DNA of 64,000 nucleotides. It comes from Balanoglossus misakiensis (Eukaryota; Animalia; Hemichordata). Below are positions 11,804-27,257 of this stretch, in pieces. The position numbers and the translations under genes are program-made. How positions within the stretch are numbered: the first letter of the stretch is position 1; each line of letters begins with the position of its first letter. Location: positions 186,001-250,000 of the forward strand of contig CM082590.2 of NCBI GenBank assembly GCA_040954595.2, in the 5' to 3' direction. Under the pieces are notes generated by a model that did not search any database, had not been told where the DNA came from, and saw only the letters and a list, made by a program, of their open reading frames with translations.

Positions 11804-13905
11804 GTAAAAATGTCAGCTTACAGCTGTTGAAAGCCAAAGACTCAAATTGAGCATTGTGGCTTTTTAGGTCCCATTGGGACCTTATAGGATTGGTTGCATC
11901 TGTATCTATCTATGTATGGATGTATGTCTGTCCGTCCGTCCACATCAAAAACGTGAAAACCACTGTGCATATCACCTCAATATTTTTATTTTGAGTCAAC
12001 TGACCAATATTCAAATGTTGACAGAAATATTTTCCGATTACCAACTTCCTGAGATAGAAAATCACTCAAGTTTACAGACGTACATAATAAACGATATGCA
12101 GCCTTTAAATCCTATCATTCGGTATTTTGAGAAATTACAAAATAAAAGTTGATCCAACAATTTTAGAATGGGTGCAATATCGTGTCTACAAACATTACGT
12201 CCAATCCAAATGTTCAGCAAATTTTGCATTTGACACATTCAAAATAGTGGACTGCCTTTGCTTCCTTCCATATTTTATGCACAGCGTATAATCAGACTTT
12301 AGTTTTGTCCTGTCTTTTCACCCATTATTTGTTCTCTTTTCCTGATCTCCGACAGAGACTATGGTTGCCACCATCTTGTCCGTTGTTAGGACAGCATACT
12401 GCCTTATGGCACTGACTATATACAATTATTGTAACCATAGTCTCTGGTTTGGCACATGGTAAATTTTATCAAAATTATTGCTGCGGGCCCTACATTTCCT
12501 TTGCAAAAGAATTAAAACTGCATTGTATAGCAAACGAAAATTCTGTAACTTCCCAAATCCTGATCTCAGGGTTTCAACATTTCTTGGAATTTCTTGAGTT
12601 TGTAAAATTTGCTGGAAAGTACTTGATTGTCCTACAAAATTGAAATTTGTCCTACAAAATTGAAATTTATCCTACAAAATTGATTTACCACCTGTGCTGT
12701 CTTAAAATGTCACTTGTCATAGAAAGCTTTATCAATTACTTCTGGAGAACAGCATTGCTGATTTTAAAAACTTGAAAACTGGTGAGAAAATTCTTGTAAA
12801 CTTCTGGAATTTTATGTTTGTGAACTACTGGTATGTAACTACAATAACAGGTTTCTTTCCTTGGGATCAGCTCACTCCATAACAATATGTTTTTGTTTTG
12901 TTTTTTTACATCAGAAACTGAAGTCTTACAGACTTTCCATGAACAGGTTTCTGTCATTCAAAGAGTTTCTGTTTGGTGGCTGCACACCATAGTACCAACA
13001 ATGTTTAAAGTCAACACCAGCGACTACGTACGCAGGTAACAATTCAAGTTTGAGTTCAAAGCACTTGGAAAACATGGTTTGGTTGTACGTTGGTGAAGTT
13101 TCAAAGGCCGAGGATTGTCTTATGCACATGTGCCTAATTTCGTGTATACAAACATTGCATCCAATCCATATGTTCTTCAAATTTTGCATTCAAAATGTGG
13201 ACTGCCTTCGCTTCCTTCCATAATTCATGCACACCGTACAAGTAGACTTAAGTTTTGTCCCTTCTTTTCACCCAATTTGCTGTCTTTTCCCGATCTCTGA
13301 CATAGAATATGTCGCCGCCATCTTGTCTGTTGTTAGGACAGCACACTGCCTTGTGGCATTGACTGTGTACATTTTTTGTAATCAGAGTCTCTGGTTCGGC
13401 ACATGTGCATTAGATGATTGTCGCCCTTTAAACCCCGGTGAGGGGTATAAAAGACCCCCCAAATCAGTGGCGAACCTTAATGCCATTTGACTGACAACAG
13501 ACAACACCAACGATCTTGGCTCTATGAAAATCGGCCCAAACAGGTCCAAGCATAAAGAATTACACCACACAACGACAGAAGTTGGCTTTATAAACACACA
13601 CAGCATAAAGTTATCGACGAAAAATACACGAGCTTTTGAAACAACGATGATTTTGGGAGAAATCTGGTTTCAGTGCTTTTCAGAAGCGTCCCTGGGAAAC
13701 AATAACCACGCCATTCAAACAGCTGTCAATCGCATAGAGGTGTAAAGTGTTCAATTATTTTCTATGTACATGAGATCAATTACACAGTCATTATGCACGA
13801 CGACCACTCCCAAATAAACAACTATACAAACACACGTTAATCCGAATCCCCGGTCTTTCTGTCTTTACTTTAATACAAGAGTATTTGATATTTTGATATC
13901 AACAG

Positions 13906-15254
13906 ATACCAACCACCACAGCTGGCGATTTCCAACCTGTACTGGAAGGGCTGGTTGCTTTTACTTGTTGTTTCAGCATTTAACCCGGCAAACATTGGTA
14001 AGTTTCAACTATGGACTCACATTCAATCAAATTCAATGTTCATTGCTAAGACATCATTCTGTAGATAGTGTCACATCTTGTTTTCAAAATCACAGAAATG
14101 ATTTGATTTCTCTCTTTCAGGCCACAAAGCATGGGAGGAGTATCCGATGTTGAAGTGTATGATGGAAATGTGTATGACAAAGTGAGTGCCTTATTATGTA
14201 TATGGAACTTTGAGGGTGTCAGGGATTGTACTCAAAGAACTTGACTTAGAATTCAGTATAAATACATGTAGACGTGTCCCTGTCTGTATACAGACAAGAC
14301 TTCACTTGTCATATCATTTGCATTTATCCCTTTATTGATTTAGCTTGCCAAAATGGAGAAACAAGATATCTTGGAGTTTGAAAGTCATTTGGCAGCAGCC
14401 TCCACTCATATGCATATTGATGAGAGCACTAGTTTGTTGCTGGCTCAGTTAACAGGAATGGATCCACAGTAAGTTTGACTTTTTATTCAGTCAACATGCG
14501 CCCAGATAAACGATTTCACGTCTAGAAATTGGAACCTAGCACATCATAAGACCTAATTCTGTATTCTGTGGATTTTTGGACTACAGCTGGAAATTCTTGA
14601 GCGATCGCAATCTGAACATACTGAAAAGCGTACAATCCGTTGGCTATACAATTTTAACGCTGTACTGCAGTAGTGGGCCGATGATGTGATTTTAATCTAC
14701 GAGTTTCAAGTCTTGTGAAATAATGTGGCCTCACATATCTATAACCCAACAAAATTGCATCTGATTTTGATATTACATGACGCTCTGTTGAGATAGTCCA
14801 CTGATTCAGCACATTCTCAAAAATAGTTCTGGGCACACAGTGAAAATCTGTTTCTGTATTTTCACCAGTGAAAATACAAGCTCATATCTTCACCGTTAGA
14901 ACAATAGCACAGTGGCAAATGCAGGCGTTGCATGTATGATAAATTGACAGTCTTAGGACCATCAAAAGAGCATTTATGCACAGGGACTGTTTTGAAAGCA
15001 ATGGTTCAAACAGACTTTAAAAATAAGTACCAACACATGAACACAGCTGGAATATACTGGGTTTTCAAACCCCCATTGTGGCAACCGGAATGTCTGATAC
15101 CTGTCCTTGATTTCTTCCTCACAGTGGTGTTGCAAGAAGACTGCCCTCACAGGTCATGGAACAGTTGAAGAATCTCAACCAAACCTTGAAGATCGGTCAT
15201 TTGCTGTGCAGAAGCTGAGGACCAGACTTCCTCCTGGATGTCATCCAACGTCAG
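13906..15254 (+). pseudogene. INTS1: INTS1 four-exon fragment, unit 5
   Basis: Same exons, splice sites and TGA as unit 1. Confidence 0.9.
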
Positions 15255-17356
15255 GTAAAAATGTCAGCTTACAGCTGTTGAAAGCCAAAGACTCAAATTG
15301 AGCATTGTGGCTTTTTAGGTCCCATTGGGACCTTATAGGATTGGTTGCATCTGTATCTATCTATGTATGGATGTATGTCTGTCCGTCCGTCCACATCAAA
15401 AACGTGAAAACCACTGTGCATATCACCTCAATATTTTTATTTTGAGTCCACTGACCAATATTCAAATGTTGACAGAAATATTTTCCGATTACCAACTTCC
15501 TGAGATAGAAAATCACTCAAGTTTACAGACGTACATAATAAACGATATGCAGCCTTTAAATCCTATCATTCGGTATTTTGAGAAATTACAAAATAAAAGT
15601 TGATCCAACAATTTTAGAATGGGTGCAATATCGTGTGTACAAACATTACGTCCAATCCAAATGTTCAGCAAATTTTGCATTTGACACATTCAAAATAGTG
15701 GACTGCCTTTGCTTCCTTCCATATTTTATGCACAGCGTATAATCAGACTTTAGTTTTGTCCTGTCTTTTCACCCATTATTTGTTCTCTTTTCCTGATCTC
15801 CGACAGAGACTATGGTTGCCACCATCTTGTCCGTTGTTAGGACAGCATACTGCCTTATGGCACTGACTATATACAATTATTGTAACCATAGTCTCTGGTT
15901 TGGCACATGGTAAATTTTATCAAAATTATTGCTGCGGGCCCTACATTTCCTTTGCAAAAGAATTAAAACTGCATTGTATAGCAAACGAAAATTCTGTAAC
16001 TTCCCAAATCCTGATCTCAGGGTTTCAACATTTCTTGGAATTTCTTGAGTTTGTAAAATTTGCTGGAAAGTACTTGATTGTCCTACAAAATTGAAATTTG
16101 TCCTACAAAATTGAAATTTATCCTACAAAATTGATTTACCACCTGTGCTGTCTTAAAATGTCACTTGTCATAGAAAGCTTTATCAATTACTTCTGGAGAA
16201 CAGCATTGCTGATTTTAAAAACTTGAAAACTGGTGAGAAAATTCTTGTAAACTTCTGGAATTTTATGTTTGTGAACTACTGGTATGTAACTACAATAACA
16301 GGTTTCTTTCCTTGGGATCAGCTCACTCCATAACAATATGTTTTTGTTTTGTTTTTTTACATCAGAAACTGAAGTCTTACAGACTTTCCATGAACAGGTT
16401 TCTGTCATTCAAAGAGTTTCTGTTTGGTGGCTGCACACCATAGTACCAACAATGTTTAAAGTCAACACCAGCGACTACGTACGCAGGTAACAATTCAAGT
16501 TTGAGTTCAAAGCACTTGGAAAACATGGTTTGGTTGTACGTTGGTGAAGTTTCAAAGGCCGAGGATTGTCTTATGCACATGTGCCTAATTTTGTGTATAC
16601 AAACATTGCATCCAATCCATATGTTCTTCAAATTTTGCATTCAAAATGTGGACTGCCTTCGCTTCCTTCCATAATTCATGCACACCGTGCAAGTAGACTT
16701 AAGTTTTGTCCCTTCTTTTCACCCAATTTGCTGTCTTTTCCCGATCTCTGACATAGAATATGTCGCCGCCATCTTGTCTGTTGTTAGGACAGCACACTGC
16801 CTTGTGGCATTGACTGTGTACATTTTTTGTAATCAGAGTCTCTGGTTCGGCACATGTGCATTAGATGATTGTCGCCCTTTAAACCCCGGTGAGGGGTATA
16901 AAAGACCCCCCAAATCAGTGGCGAACCTTAATGCCATTTGACTGACAACAGACAACACCAACGATCTTGGCTCTATGAAAATCGGCCCAAACAGGTCCAA
17001 GCATAAAGAATTACACCACACAACGACAGAAGTTGGCTTTATAAACACACACAGCATAAAGTTATCGACGAAAAATACACGAGCTTTTGAAACAACGATG
17101 ATTTTGGGAGAAATCTGGTTTCAGTGCTTTTCAGAAGCGTCCCTGGGAAACAATAACCACGCCATTCAAACAGCTGTCAATCGCATAGAGGTGTAAAGTG
17201 TTCAATTATTTTCTATGTACATGAGATCAATTACACAGTCATTATGCACGACGACCACTCCCAAATAAACAACTATACAAACACACGTTAATCCGAATCC
17301 CCGGTCTTTCTGTCTTTACTTTAATACAAGAGTATTTGATATTTTGATATCAACAG

Positions 17357-18705
17357 ATACCAACCACCACAGCTGGCGATTTCCAACCTGTACTGGAAGG
17401 GCTGGTTGCTTTTACTTGTTGTTTCAGCATTTAACCCGGCAAACATTGGTAAGTTTCAACTATGGACTCACATTCAATCAAATTCAATGTTCATTGCTAA
17501 GACATCATTCTGTAGATAGTGTCACATCTTGTTTTCAAAATCACAGAAATGATTTGATTTCTCTCTTTCAGGCCACAAAGCATGGGAGGAGTATCCGATG
17601 TTGAAGTGTATGATGGAAATGTGTATGACAAAGTGAGTGCCTTATTATGTATATGGAACTTTGAGGGTGTCAGGGATTGTACTCAAAGAACTTGACTTAG
17701 AATTCAGTATAAATACATGTAGACGTGTCCCTGTCTGTATACAGACAAGACTTCACTTGTCATATCATTTGCATTTATCCCTTTATTGATTTAGCTTGCC
17801 AAAATGGAGAAACAAGATATCTTGGAGTTTGAAAGTCATTTGGCAGCAGCCTCCACTCATATGCATATTGATGAGAGCACTAGTTTGTTGCTGGATCAGT
17901 TAACAGGAATGGATCCACAGTAAGTTTGACTTTTTATTCAGTCAACATGCGCCCAGATAAACGATTTCACGTCTAGAAATTGGAACCTAGCACATCATAA
18001 GACCTAATTCTGTATTCTGTGGATTTTTGGACTACAGCTGGAAATTCTTGAGCGATCGCAATCTGAACATACTGAAAAGCGTACAATCCGTTGGCTATAC
18101 AATTTTAACGCTGTACTGCAGTAGTGGGCCGATGATGTGATTTTAATCTACGAGTTTCAAGTCTTGTGAAATAATGTGGCCTCACATATCTATAACCCAA
18201 CAAAATTGCATCTGATTTTGATATTACATGACGCTCTGTTGAGATAGTCCACTGATTCAGCACATTCTCAAAAATAGTTCTGGGCACACAGTGAAAATCT
18301 GTTTCTGTATTTTCACCAGTGAAAATACAAGCTCATATCTTCACCGTTAGAACAATAGCACAGTGGCAAATGCAGGCGTTGCATGTATGATAAATTGACA
18401 GTCTTAGGACCATCAAAAGAGCATTTATGCACAGGGACTGTTTTGAAAGCAATGGTTCAAACAGACTTTAAAAATAAGTACCAACACATGAACACAGCTG
18501 GAATATACTGGGTTTTCAAACCCCCATTGTGGCAACCGGAATGTCTGATACCTGTCCTTGATTTCTTCCTCACAGTGGTGTTGCAAGAAGACTGCCCTCA
18601 CAGGTCATGGAACAGTTGAAGAATCTCAACCAAACCTTGAAGATCGGTCATTTGCTGTGCAGAAGCTGAGGACCAGACTTCCTCCTGGATGTCATCCAAC
18701 GTCAG
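17357..18705 (+). pseudogene. INTS1: INTS1 four-exon fragment, unit 6
   Basis: Same exons, splice sites and TGA as unit 1. Confidence 0.9.
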
Positions 18706-20807
18706 GTAAAAATGTCAGCTTACAGCTGTTGAAAGCCAAAGACTCAAATTGAGCATTGTGGCTTTTTAGGTCCCATTGGGACCTTATAGGATTGGTTGCA
18801 TCTGTATCTATCTATGTATGGATGTATGTCTGTCCGTCCGTCCACATCAAAAACGTGAAAACCACTGTGCATATCACCTCAATATTTTTATTTTGAGTCA
18901 ACTGACCAATATTCAAATGTTGACAGAAATATTTTCCGATTACCAACTTCCTGAGATAGAAAATCACTCAAGTTTACAGACGTACATAATAAACGATATG
19001 CAGCCTTTAAATCCTATCATTCGGTATTTTGAGAAATTACAAAATAAAAGTTGATCCAACAATTTTAGAATGGGTGCAATATCGTGTGTACAAACATTAC
19101 GTCCAATCCAAATGTTCAGCAAATTTTGCATTTGACACATTCAAAATAGTGGACTGCCTTTGCTTCCTTCCATATTTTATGCACAGCGTATAATCAGACT
19201 TTAGTTTTGTCCTGTCTTTTCACCCATTATTTGTTCTCTTTTCCTGATCTCCGACAGAGACTATGGTTGCCACCATCTTGTCCGTTGTTAGGACAGCATA
19301 CTGCCTTATGGCACTGACTATATACAATTATTGTAACCATAGTCTCTGGTTTGGCACATGGTAAATTTTATCAAAATTATTGCTGCGGGCCCTACATTTC
19401 CTTTGCAAAAGAATTAAAACTGCATTGTATAGCAAACGAAAATTCTGTAACTTCCCAAATCCTGATCTCAGGGTTTCAACATTTCTTGGAATTTCTTGAG
19501 TTTGTAAAATTTGCTGGAAAGTACTTGATTGTCCTACAAAATTGAAATTTGTCCTACAAAATTGAAATTTATCCTACAAAATTGATTTACCACCTGTGCT
19601 GTCTTAAAATGTCACTTGTCATAGAAAGCTTTATCAATTACTTCTGGAGAACAGCATTGCTGATTTTAAAAACTTGAAAACTGGTGAGAAAATTCTTGTA
19701 AACTTCTGGAATTTTATGTTTGTGAACTACTGGTATGTAACTACAATAACAGGTTTCTTTCCTTGGGATCAGCTCACTCCATAACAATATGTTTTTGTTT
19801 TGTTTTTTTACATCAGAAACTGAAGTCTTACAGACTTTCCATGAACAGGTTTCTGTCATTCAAAGAGTTTCTGTTTGGTGGCTGCACACCATAGTACCAA
19901 CAATGTTTAAAGTCAACACCAGCGACTACGTACGCAGGTAACAATTCAAGTTTGAGTTCAAAGCACTTGGAAAACATGGTTTGGTTGTACGTTGGTGAAG
20001 TTTCAAAGGCCGAGGATTGTCTTATGCACATGTGCCTAATTTCGTGTATACAAACATTGCATCCAATCCATATGTTCTTCAAATTTTGCATTCAAAATGT
20101 GGACTGCCTTCGCTTCCTTCCATAATTCATGCACACCGTACAAGTAGACTTAAGTTTTGTCCCTTCTTTTCACCCAATTTGCTGTCTTTTCCCGATCTCT
20201 GACATAGAATATGTCGCCGCCATCTTGTCTGTTGTTAGGACAGCACACTGCCTTGTGGCATTGACTGTGTACATTTTTTGTAATCAGAGTCTCTGGTTCG
20301 GCACATGTGCATTAGATGATTGTCGCCCTTTAAACCCCGGTGAGGGGTATAAAAGACCCCCCAAATCAGTGGCGAACCTTAATGCCATTTGACTGACAAC
20401 AGACAACACCAACGATCTTGGCTCTATGAAAATCGGCCCAAACAGGTCCAAGCATAAAGAATTACACCACACAACGACAGAAGTTGGCTTTATAAACACA
20501 CACAGCATAAAGTTATCGACGAAAAATACACGAGCTTTTGAAACAACGATGATTTTGGGAGAAATCTGGTTTCAGTGCTTTTCAGAAGCGTCCCTGGGAA
20601 ACAATAACCACGCCATTCAAACAGCTGTCAATCGCATAGAGGTGTAAAGTGTTCAATTATTTTCTATGTACATGAGATCAATTACACAGTCATTATGCAC
20701 GACGACCACTCCCAAATAAACAACTATACAAACACACGTTAATCCGAATCCCCGGTCTTTCTGTCTTTACTTTAATACAAGAGTATTTGATATTTTGATA
20801 TCAACAG

Positions 20808-23417
20808 ATACCAACCACCACAGCTGGCGATTTCCAACCTGTACTGGAAGGGCTGGTTGCTTTTACTTGTTGTTTCAGCATTTAACCCGGCAAACATTGG
20901 TAAGTTTCAACTATGGACTCACATTCAATCAAATTCAATGTTCATTGCTAAGACATCATTCTGTAGATAGTGTCACATCTTGTTTTCAAAATCACAGAAA
21001 TGATTTGATTTCTCTCTTTCAGGCCACAAAGCATGGGAGGAGTATCCGATGTTGAAGTGTATGATGGAAATGTGTATGACAAAGTGAGTGCCTTATTATG
21101 TATATGGAACTTTGAGGGTGTCAGGGATTGTACTCAAAGAACTTGACTTAGAATTCAGTATAAATACATGTAGACGTGTCCCTGTCTGTATACAGACAAG
21201 ACTTCACTTGTCATATCATTTGCATTTACCACGGAATTCTTTTTACCAGCACCAAACGGCAAACTGGCAACATCGTATTTCTTTCATGCCAGCAACGCGT
21301 TATCTCTAAAATTGTAACAACGTCACAATGTACTAGACAAAGAGGCGTCCCCCCATCCCAATTGCGCAGTTGAAGTACGTGCGTGTTGAGAGAGAGACGT
21401 GAACAGAAAGGGGTAGGAGACTGACTTGAACACGGACGACGAGAGTTGTTTAGCGTGTCGAACGCTGCTCTACGAAGCTCGTAGTTACCTACTGACCGGG
21501 ACATTTGCGCTTGAACGGACTGGGTTCCTCCCGATTGCCGCACGCCGGCGGGTATGAAAGTGTAGGCTAAGACGTCGATCCACCGGCCGGCTGCACTGTT
21601 CCCAACATTACCAGCTCCACGCCACTTTGAGCTGCACCGCGGTCGGATATCCCACCCCGGCTGCCGGACAGCATATGAAGGTGTCTGAGGCCTTTTCTAG
21701 TCAAAACTTTGGGGTTTTCGGAATGGGAAATAGCGGAACAAGAACATGGATATATACTAAATCATGAACGCCAAACAAACACGTTGAAAAAGCCAGATCT
21801 GAAAAATTCATGTGGCGTCCACCGCTGGGCGCATTGACGCGTCAACGTTTTTTTTCAAACAACGTAACCTGTCATGATTGCTGCCACAAACAACAAGTTC
21901 GTGCGTAGGTCGAGAAAGTTCTCAAGCGGCCGGGTGATCGCGGCAAGGTTAGCGGCGGCCTCGCACGCCCGAATTTGCCACAAAACTATCAGTCCACACA
22001 GCAATGCCGTTCAAACTCTTCCGTCGTATTTATTTCAACACAAATTCAGAATACAACACGGCAGTTTGGTACGTCGTCTCTATCCTACACTGCTAATTCT
22101 CATCTCAATCTCTAAAAAAGTTCAACAGACGGGATACACTGCAACCCGCGGCACTAGGAACAGCAAAATTCACGTCTCTGCTTCACAGGAATCTACCGAC
22201 CTGAAGTGGGAGGAACCCAGTCCGTTCAAGTACAAATGTCCCGGTAAGAAGGTAACTACGAGCTTCCTAGAGCAGCGTTCGAGTCGACACGTCTCTCTCA
22301 ACACGCACGTACTTCAACTGCTCAATAGGGATGGGGGGGGGGGGGCGCCTCTTTGTCTACTAAATTGTGACGTTGTTACAATTTTAGAGATAACGTGTCG
22401 GGCCCCCTCAAAGAAAGCCGGTGGCCCCCTCAAAGAAAGCCGGTGTTGCTAGTTTGGCATTTGTTGCTAGTATTCTGAATATCGTAGTATCCCTTTATTG
22501 ATTTAGCTTGCCAAAATGGAGAAACAAGATATCTTGGAGTTTGAAAGTCATTTGGCAGCAGCCTCCACTCATATGCATATTGATGAGAGCACTAGTTTGT
22601 TGCTGGCTCAGTTAACAGGAATGGATCCACAGTAAGTTTGACTTTTTATTCAGTCAACATGCGCCCAGATAAACGATTTCACGTCTAGAAATTGGAACCT
22701 AGCACATCATAAGACCTAATTCTGTATTCTGTGGATTTTTGGACTACAGCTGGAAATTCTTGAGCGATCGCAATCTGAACATACTGAAAAGCGTACAATC
22801 CGTTGGCTATACAATTTTAACGCTGTACTGCAGTAGTGGGCCGATGATGTGATTTTAATCTACGAGTTTCAAGTCTTGTGAAATAATGTGGCCTCACATA
22901 TCTATAACCCAACAAAATTGCATCTGATTTTGATATTACATGACGCTCTGTTGAGATAGTCCACTGATTCAGCACATTCTCAAAAATAGTTCTGGGCACA
23001 CAGTGAAAAACTGTTTCTATATTTTCACCAGTGAAAATACAAGCTCATATCTTCACCGTTAGAACAATAGCACAGTGGCAAATGCAGGCGTTGCATGTAT
23101 GATAAATTGACAGTCTTAGGACCATCAAAAGAGCATTTATGCACAGGGACTGTTTTGAAAGCAATGGTTCAAACAGACTTTAAAAATAAGTACCAACACA
23201 TGAACACAGCTGGAATATACTGGGTTTCCAAACCCCCATTGTGGCAACCGGAATGTCTGATACCTGTCCTTGATTTCTTCCTCACAGTGGTGTTGCAAGA
23301 AGACTGCCCTCACAGGTCATGGAACAGTTGAAGAATCTCAACCAAACCTTGAAGATCGGTCATTTGCTGTGCAGAAGCTGAGGACCAGACTTCCTCCTGG
23401 ATGTCATCCAACGTCAG
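20808..23417 (+). pseudogene. INTS1: INTS1 four-exon fragment, unit 7 (transposon in second intron)
   Basis: Same exons. A 1261-bp insertion lies just upstream of the third exon's acceptor. Confidence 0.9.
21229..22487. mobile_element. Non-autonomous DNA transposon, 1259 bp, TA TSD, long imperfect inverted ends
   Basis: The empty site CATTTATCCC becomes CATTTA|CCACGG...CGTAG|TATCCC. Termini are CCACGGAATTCTTTTACCAGCACCAAACGGCAAACTGGCAACA versus reverse complement CTACGATATTCAGAATACTAGCAACAAATGCCAAACTAGCAACA. A subterminal inverted repeat runs about 21295-21532 / 22208-22398. No transposase is recognisable. Confidence 0.9.
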
Positions 23418-25519
23418 GTAAAAATGTCAGCTTACAGCTGTTGAAAGCCAAAGACTCAAATTGAGCATTGTGGCTTTTTAGGTCCCATTGGGACCTTATA
23501 GGATTGGTTGCATCTGTATCTATCTATGTATGGATGTATGTCTGTCCGTCCGTCCACATCAAAAACGTGAAAACCACTGTGCATATCACCTCAATATTTT
23601 TATTTTGAGTCAACTGACCAATATTCAAATGTTGACAGAAATATTTTCCGATTACCAACTTCCTGAGATAGAAAATCACTCAAGTTTACAGACGTACATA
23701 ATAAACGATATGCAGCCTTTAAATCCTATCATTCGGTATTTTGAGAAATTACAAAATAAAAGTTGATCCAACAATTTTAGAATGGGTGCAATATCGTGTC
23801 TACAAACATTACGTCCAATCCAAATGTTCAGCAAATTTTGCATTTGACACATTCAAAATAGTGGACTGCCTTTGCTTCCTTCCATATTTTATGCACAGCG
23901 TATAATCAGACTTTAGTTTTGTCCTGTCTTTTCACCCATTATTTGTTCTCTTTTCCTGATCTCCGACAGAGACTATGGTTGCCACCATCTTGTCCGTTGT
24001 TAGGACAGCATACTGCCTTATGGCACTGACTATATACAATTATTGTAACCATAGTCTCTGGTTTGGCACATGGTAAATTTTATCAAAATTATTGCTGCGG
24101 GCCCTACATTTCCTTTGCAAAAGAATTAAAACTGCATTGTATAGCAAACGAAAATTCTGTAACTTCCCAAATCCTGATCTCAGGGTTTCAACATTTCTTG
24201 GAATTTCTTGAGTTTGTAAAATTTGCTGGAAAGTACTTGATTGTCCTACAAAATTGAAATTTGTCCTACAAAATTGAAATTTATCCTACAAAATTGATTT
24301 ACCACCTGTGCTGTCTTAAAATGTCACTTGTCATAGAAAGCTTTTTCAATTACTTCTGGAGAACAGCATTGCTGATTTTAAAAACTTGAAAACTGGTGAG
24401 AAAATTCTTGTAAACTTCTGGAATTTTATGTTTGTGAACTACTGGTATGTAACTACAATAACAGGTTTCTTTCCTTGGGATCAGCTCACTCCATAACAAT
24501 ATGTTTTTGTTTTGTTTTTTTACATCAGAAACTGAAGTCTTACAGACTTTCCATGAACAGGTTTCTGTCATTCAAAGAGTTTCTGTTTGGTGGCTGCACA
24601 CCATAGTACCAACAATGTTTAAAGTCAACACCAGCGACTACGTACGCAGGTAACAATTCAAGTTTGAGTTCAAAGCACTTGGAAAACATGGTTTGGTTGT
24701 ACGTTGGTGAAGTTTCAAAGGCCGAGGATTGTCTTATGCACATGTGCCTAATTTCGTGTATACAAACATTGCATCCAATCCATATGTTCTTCAAATTTTG
24801 CATTCAAAATGTGGACTGCCTTCGCTTCCTTCCATAATTCATGCACACCGTACAAGTAGACTTAAGTTTTGTCCCTTCTTTTCACCTAATTTGCTGTCTT
24901 TTCCCGATCTCTGACATAGAATATGTCGCCGCCATCTTGTCTGTTGTTAGGACAGCACACTGCCTTGTGGCATTGACTGTGTACATTTTTTGTAATCAGA
25001 GTCTCTGGTTCGGCACATGTGCATTAGATGATTGTCGCCCTTTAAACCCCGGTGAGGGGTATAAAAGACCCCCCAAATCAGTGGCGAACCTTAATGCCAT
25101 TTGACTGACAACAGACAACACCAACGATCTTGGCTCTATGAAAATCGGCCCAAACAGGTCCAAGCATAAAGAATTACACCACACAACGACAGAAGTTGGC
25201 TTTATAAACACACACAGCATAAAGTTATCGACGAAAAATACACAAGCTTTTGAAACAACGATGATTTTGGGAGAAATCTGGTTTCAGTGCTTTTCAGAAG
25301 CGTCCCTGGGAAACAATAACCACGCCATTCAAACAGCTGTCAATCGCATAGAGGTGTAAAGTGTTCAATTATTTTCTATGTACATGAGATCAATTACACA
25401 GTCATTATGCACGACGACCACTCCCAAATAAACAACTATACAAACACACGTTAATCCGAATCCCCGGTCTTTCTGTCTTTACTTTAATACAAGAGTATTT
25501 GATATTTTGATATCAACAG

Positions 25520-26868
25520 ATACCAACCACCACAGCTGGCGATTTCCAACCTGTACTGGAAGGGCTGGTTGCTTTTACTTGTTGTTTCAGCATTTAACCC
25601 GGCAAACATTGGTAAGTTTCAACTATGGACTCACATTCAATCAAATTCAATGTTCATTGCTAAGACATCATTCTGTAGATAGTGTCACATCTTGTTTTCA
25701 AAATCACAGAAATGATTTGATTTCTCTCTTTCAGGCCACAAAGCATGGGAGGAGTATCCGATGTTGAAGTGTATGATGGAAATGTGTATGACAAAGTGAG
25801 TGCCTTATTATGTATATGGAACTTTGAGGGTGTCAGGGATTGTACTCAAAGAACTTGACTTAGAATTCAGTATAAATACATGTAGACGTGTCCCTGTCTG
25901 TATACAGACAAGACTTCACTTGTCATATCATTTGCATTTATCCCTTTATTGATTTAGCTTGCCAAAATGGAGAAACAAGATATCTTGGAGTTTGAAAGTC
26001 ATTTGGCAGCAGCCTCCACTCATATGCATATTGATGAGAGCACTAGTTTGTTGCTGGCTCAGTTAACAGGAATGGATCCACAGTAAGTTTGACTTTTTAT
26101 TCAGTCAACATGCGCCCAGATAAACGATTTCACGTCTAGAAATTGGAACCTAGCACATCATAAGACCTAATTCTGTATTCTGTGGATTTTTGGACTACAG
26201 CTGGAAATTCTTGAGCGATCGCAATCTGAACATACTGAAAAGCGTACAATCCGTTGGCTATACAATTTTAACGCTGTACTGCAGTAGTGGGCCGATGATG
26301 TGATTTTAATCTACGAGTTTCAAGTCTTGTGAAATAATGTGGCCTCACATATCTATAACCCAACAAAATTGCATCTGATTTTGATATTACATGACGCTCT
26401 GTTGAGATAGTCCACTGATTCAGCACATTCTCAAAAATAGTTCTGGGCACACAGTGAAAATCTGTTTCTGTATTTTCACCAGTGAAAATACAAGCTCATA
26501 TCTTCACCATTAGAACAATAGCACAGTGGCAAATGCAGGCGTTGCATGTATGATAAATTGACAGTCTTAGGACCATCAAAAGAGCATTTATGCACAGGGA
26601 CTGTTTTGAAAGCAATGGTTCAAACAGACTTTAAAAATAAGTACCAACACATGAACACAGCTGGAATATACTGGGTTTTCAAACCCCCATTGTGGCAACC
26701 CGAATGTCTGATACCTGTCCTTGATTTCTTCCTCACAGTGGTGTTGCAAGAAGACTGCCCTCACAGGTCATGGAACAGTTGAAGAATCTCAACCAAACCT
26801 TGAAGATCGGTCATTTGCTGTGCAGAAGCTGAGGACCAGACTTCCTCCTGGATGTCATCCAACGTCAG
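25520..26868 (+). pseudogene. INTS1: INTS1 four-exon fragment, unit 8
   Basis: Same exons, splice sites and TGA as unit 1. Confidence 0.9.
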
Positions 26869-27257
26869 GTAAAAATGTCAGCTTACAGCTGTTGAAAGCC
26901 AAAGACTCAAATTGAGCATTGTGGCTTTTTAGGTCCCATTGGGACCTTATAGGATTGGTTGCATCTGTATCTATCTATGTATGGATGTATGTCTGTCCGT
27001 CCGTCCACATCAAAAACGTGAAAACCACTGTGCATATCACCTCAATATTTTTATTTTGAGTCAACTGACCAATATTCAAATGTTGACAGAAATATTTTCC
27101 GATTACCAACTTCCTGAGATAGAAAATCACTCAAGTTTACAGACGTACATAATAAACGATATGCAGCCTTTAAATCCTATCATTCGGTATTTTGAGAAAT
27201 TACAAAATAAAAGTTGATCCAACAATTTTAAAATGGGTGCAATATCGTGTGTACAAA

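Noticed and set aside
21874-22452. 192-aa ORF in the 1259-bp element as a transposase
   Set aside because: It has no HTH or DDE motifs and runs through the inverted repeat, poly-G run and tandem duplication.
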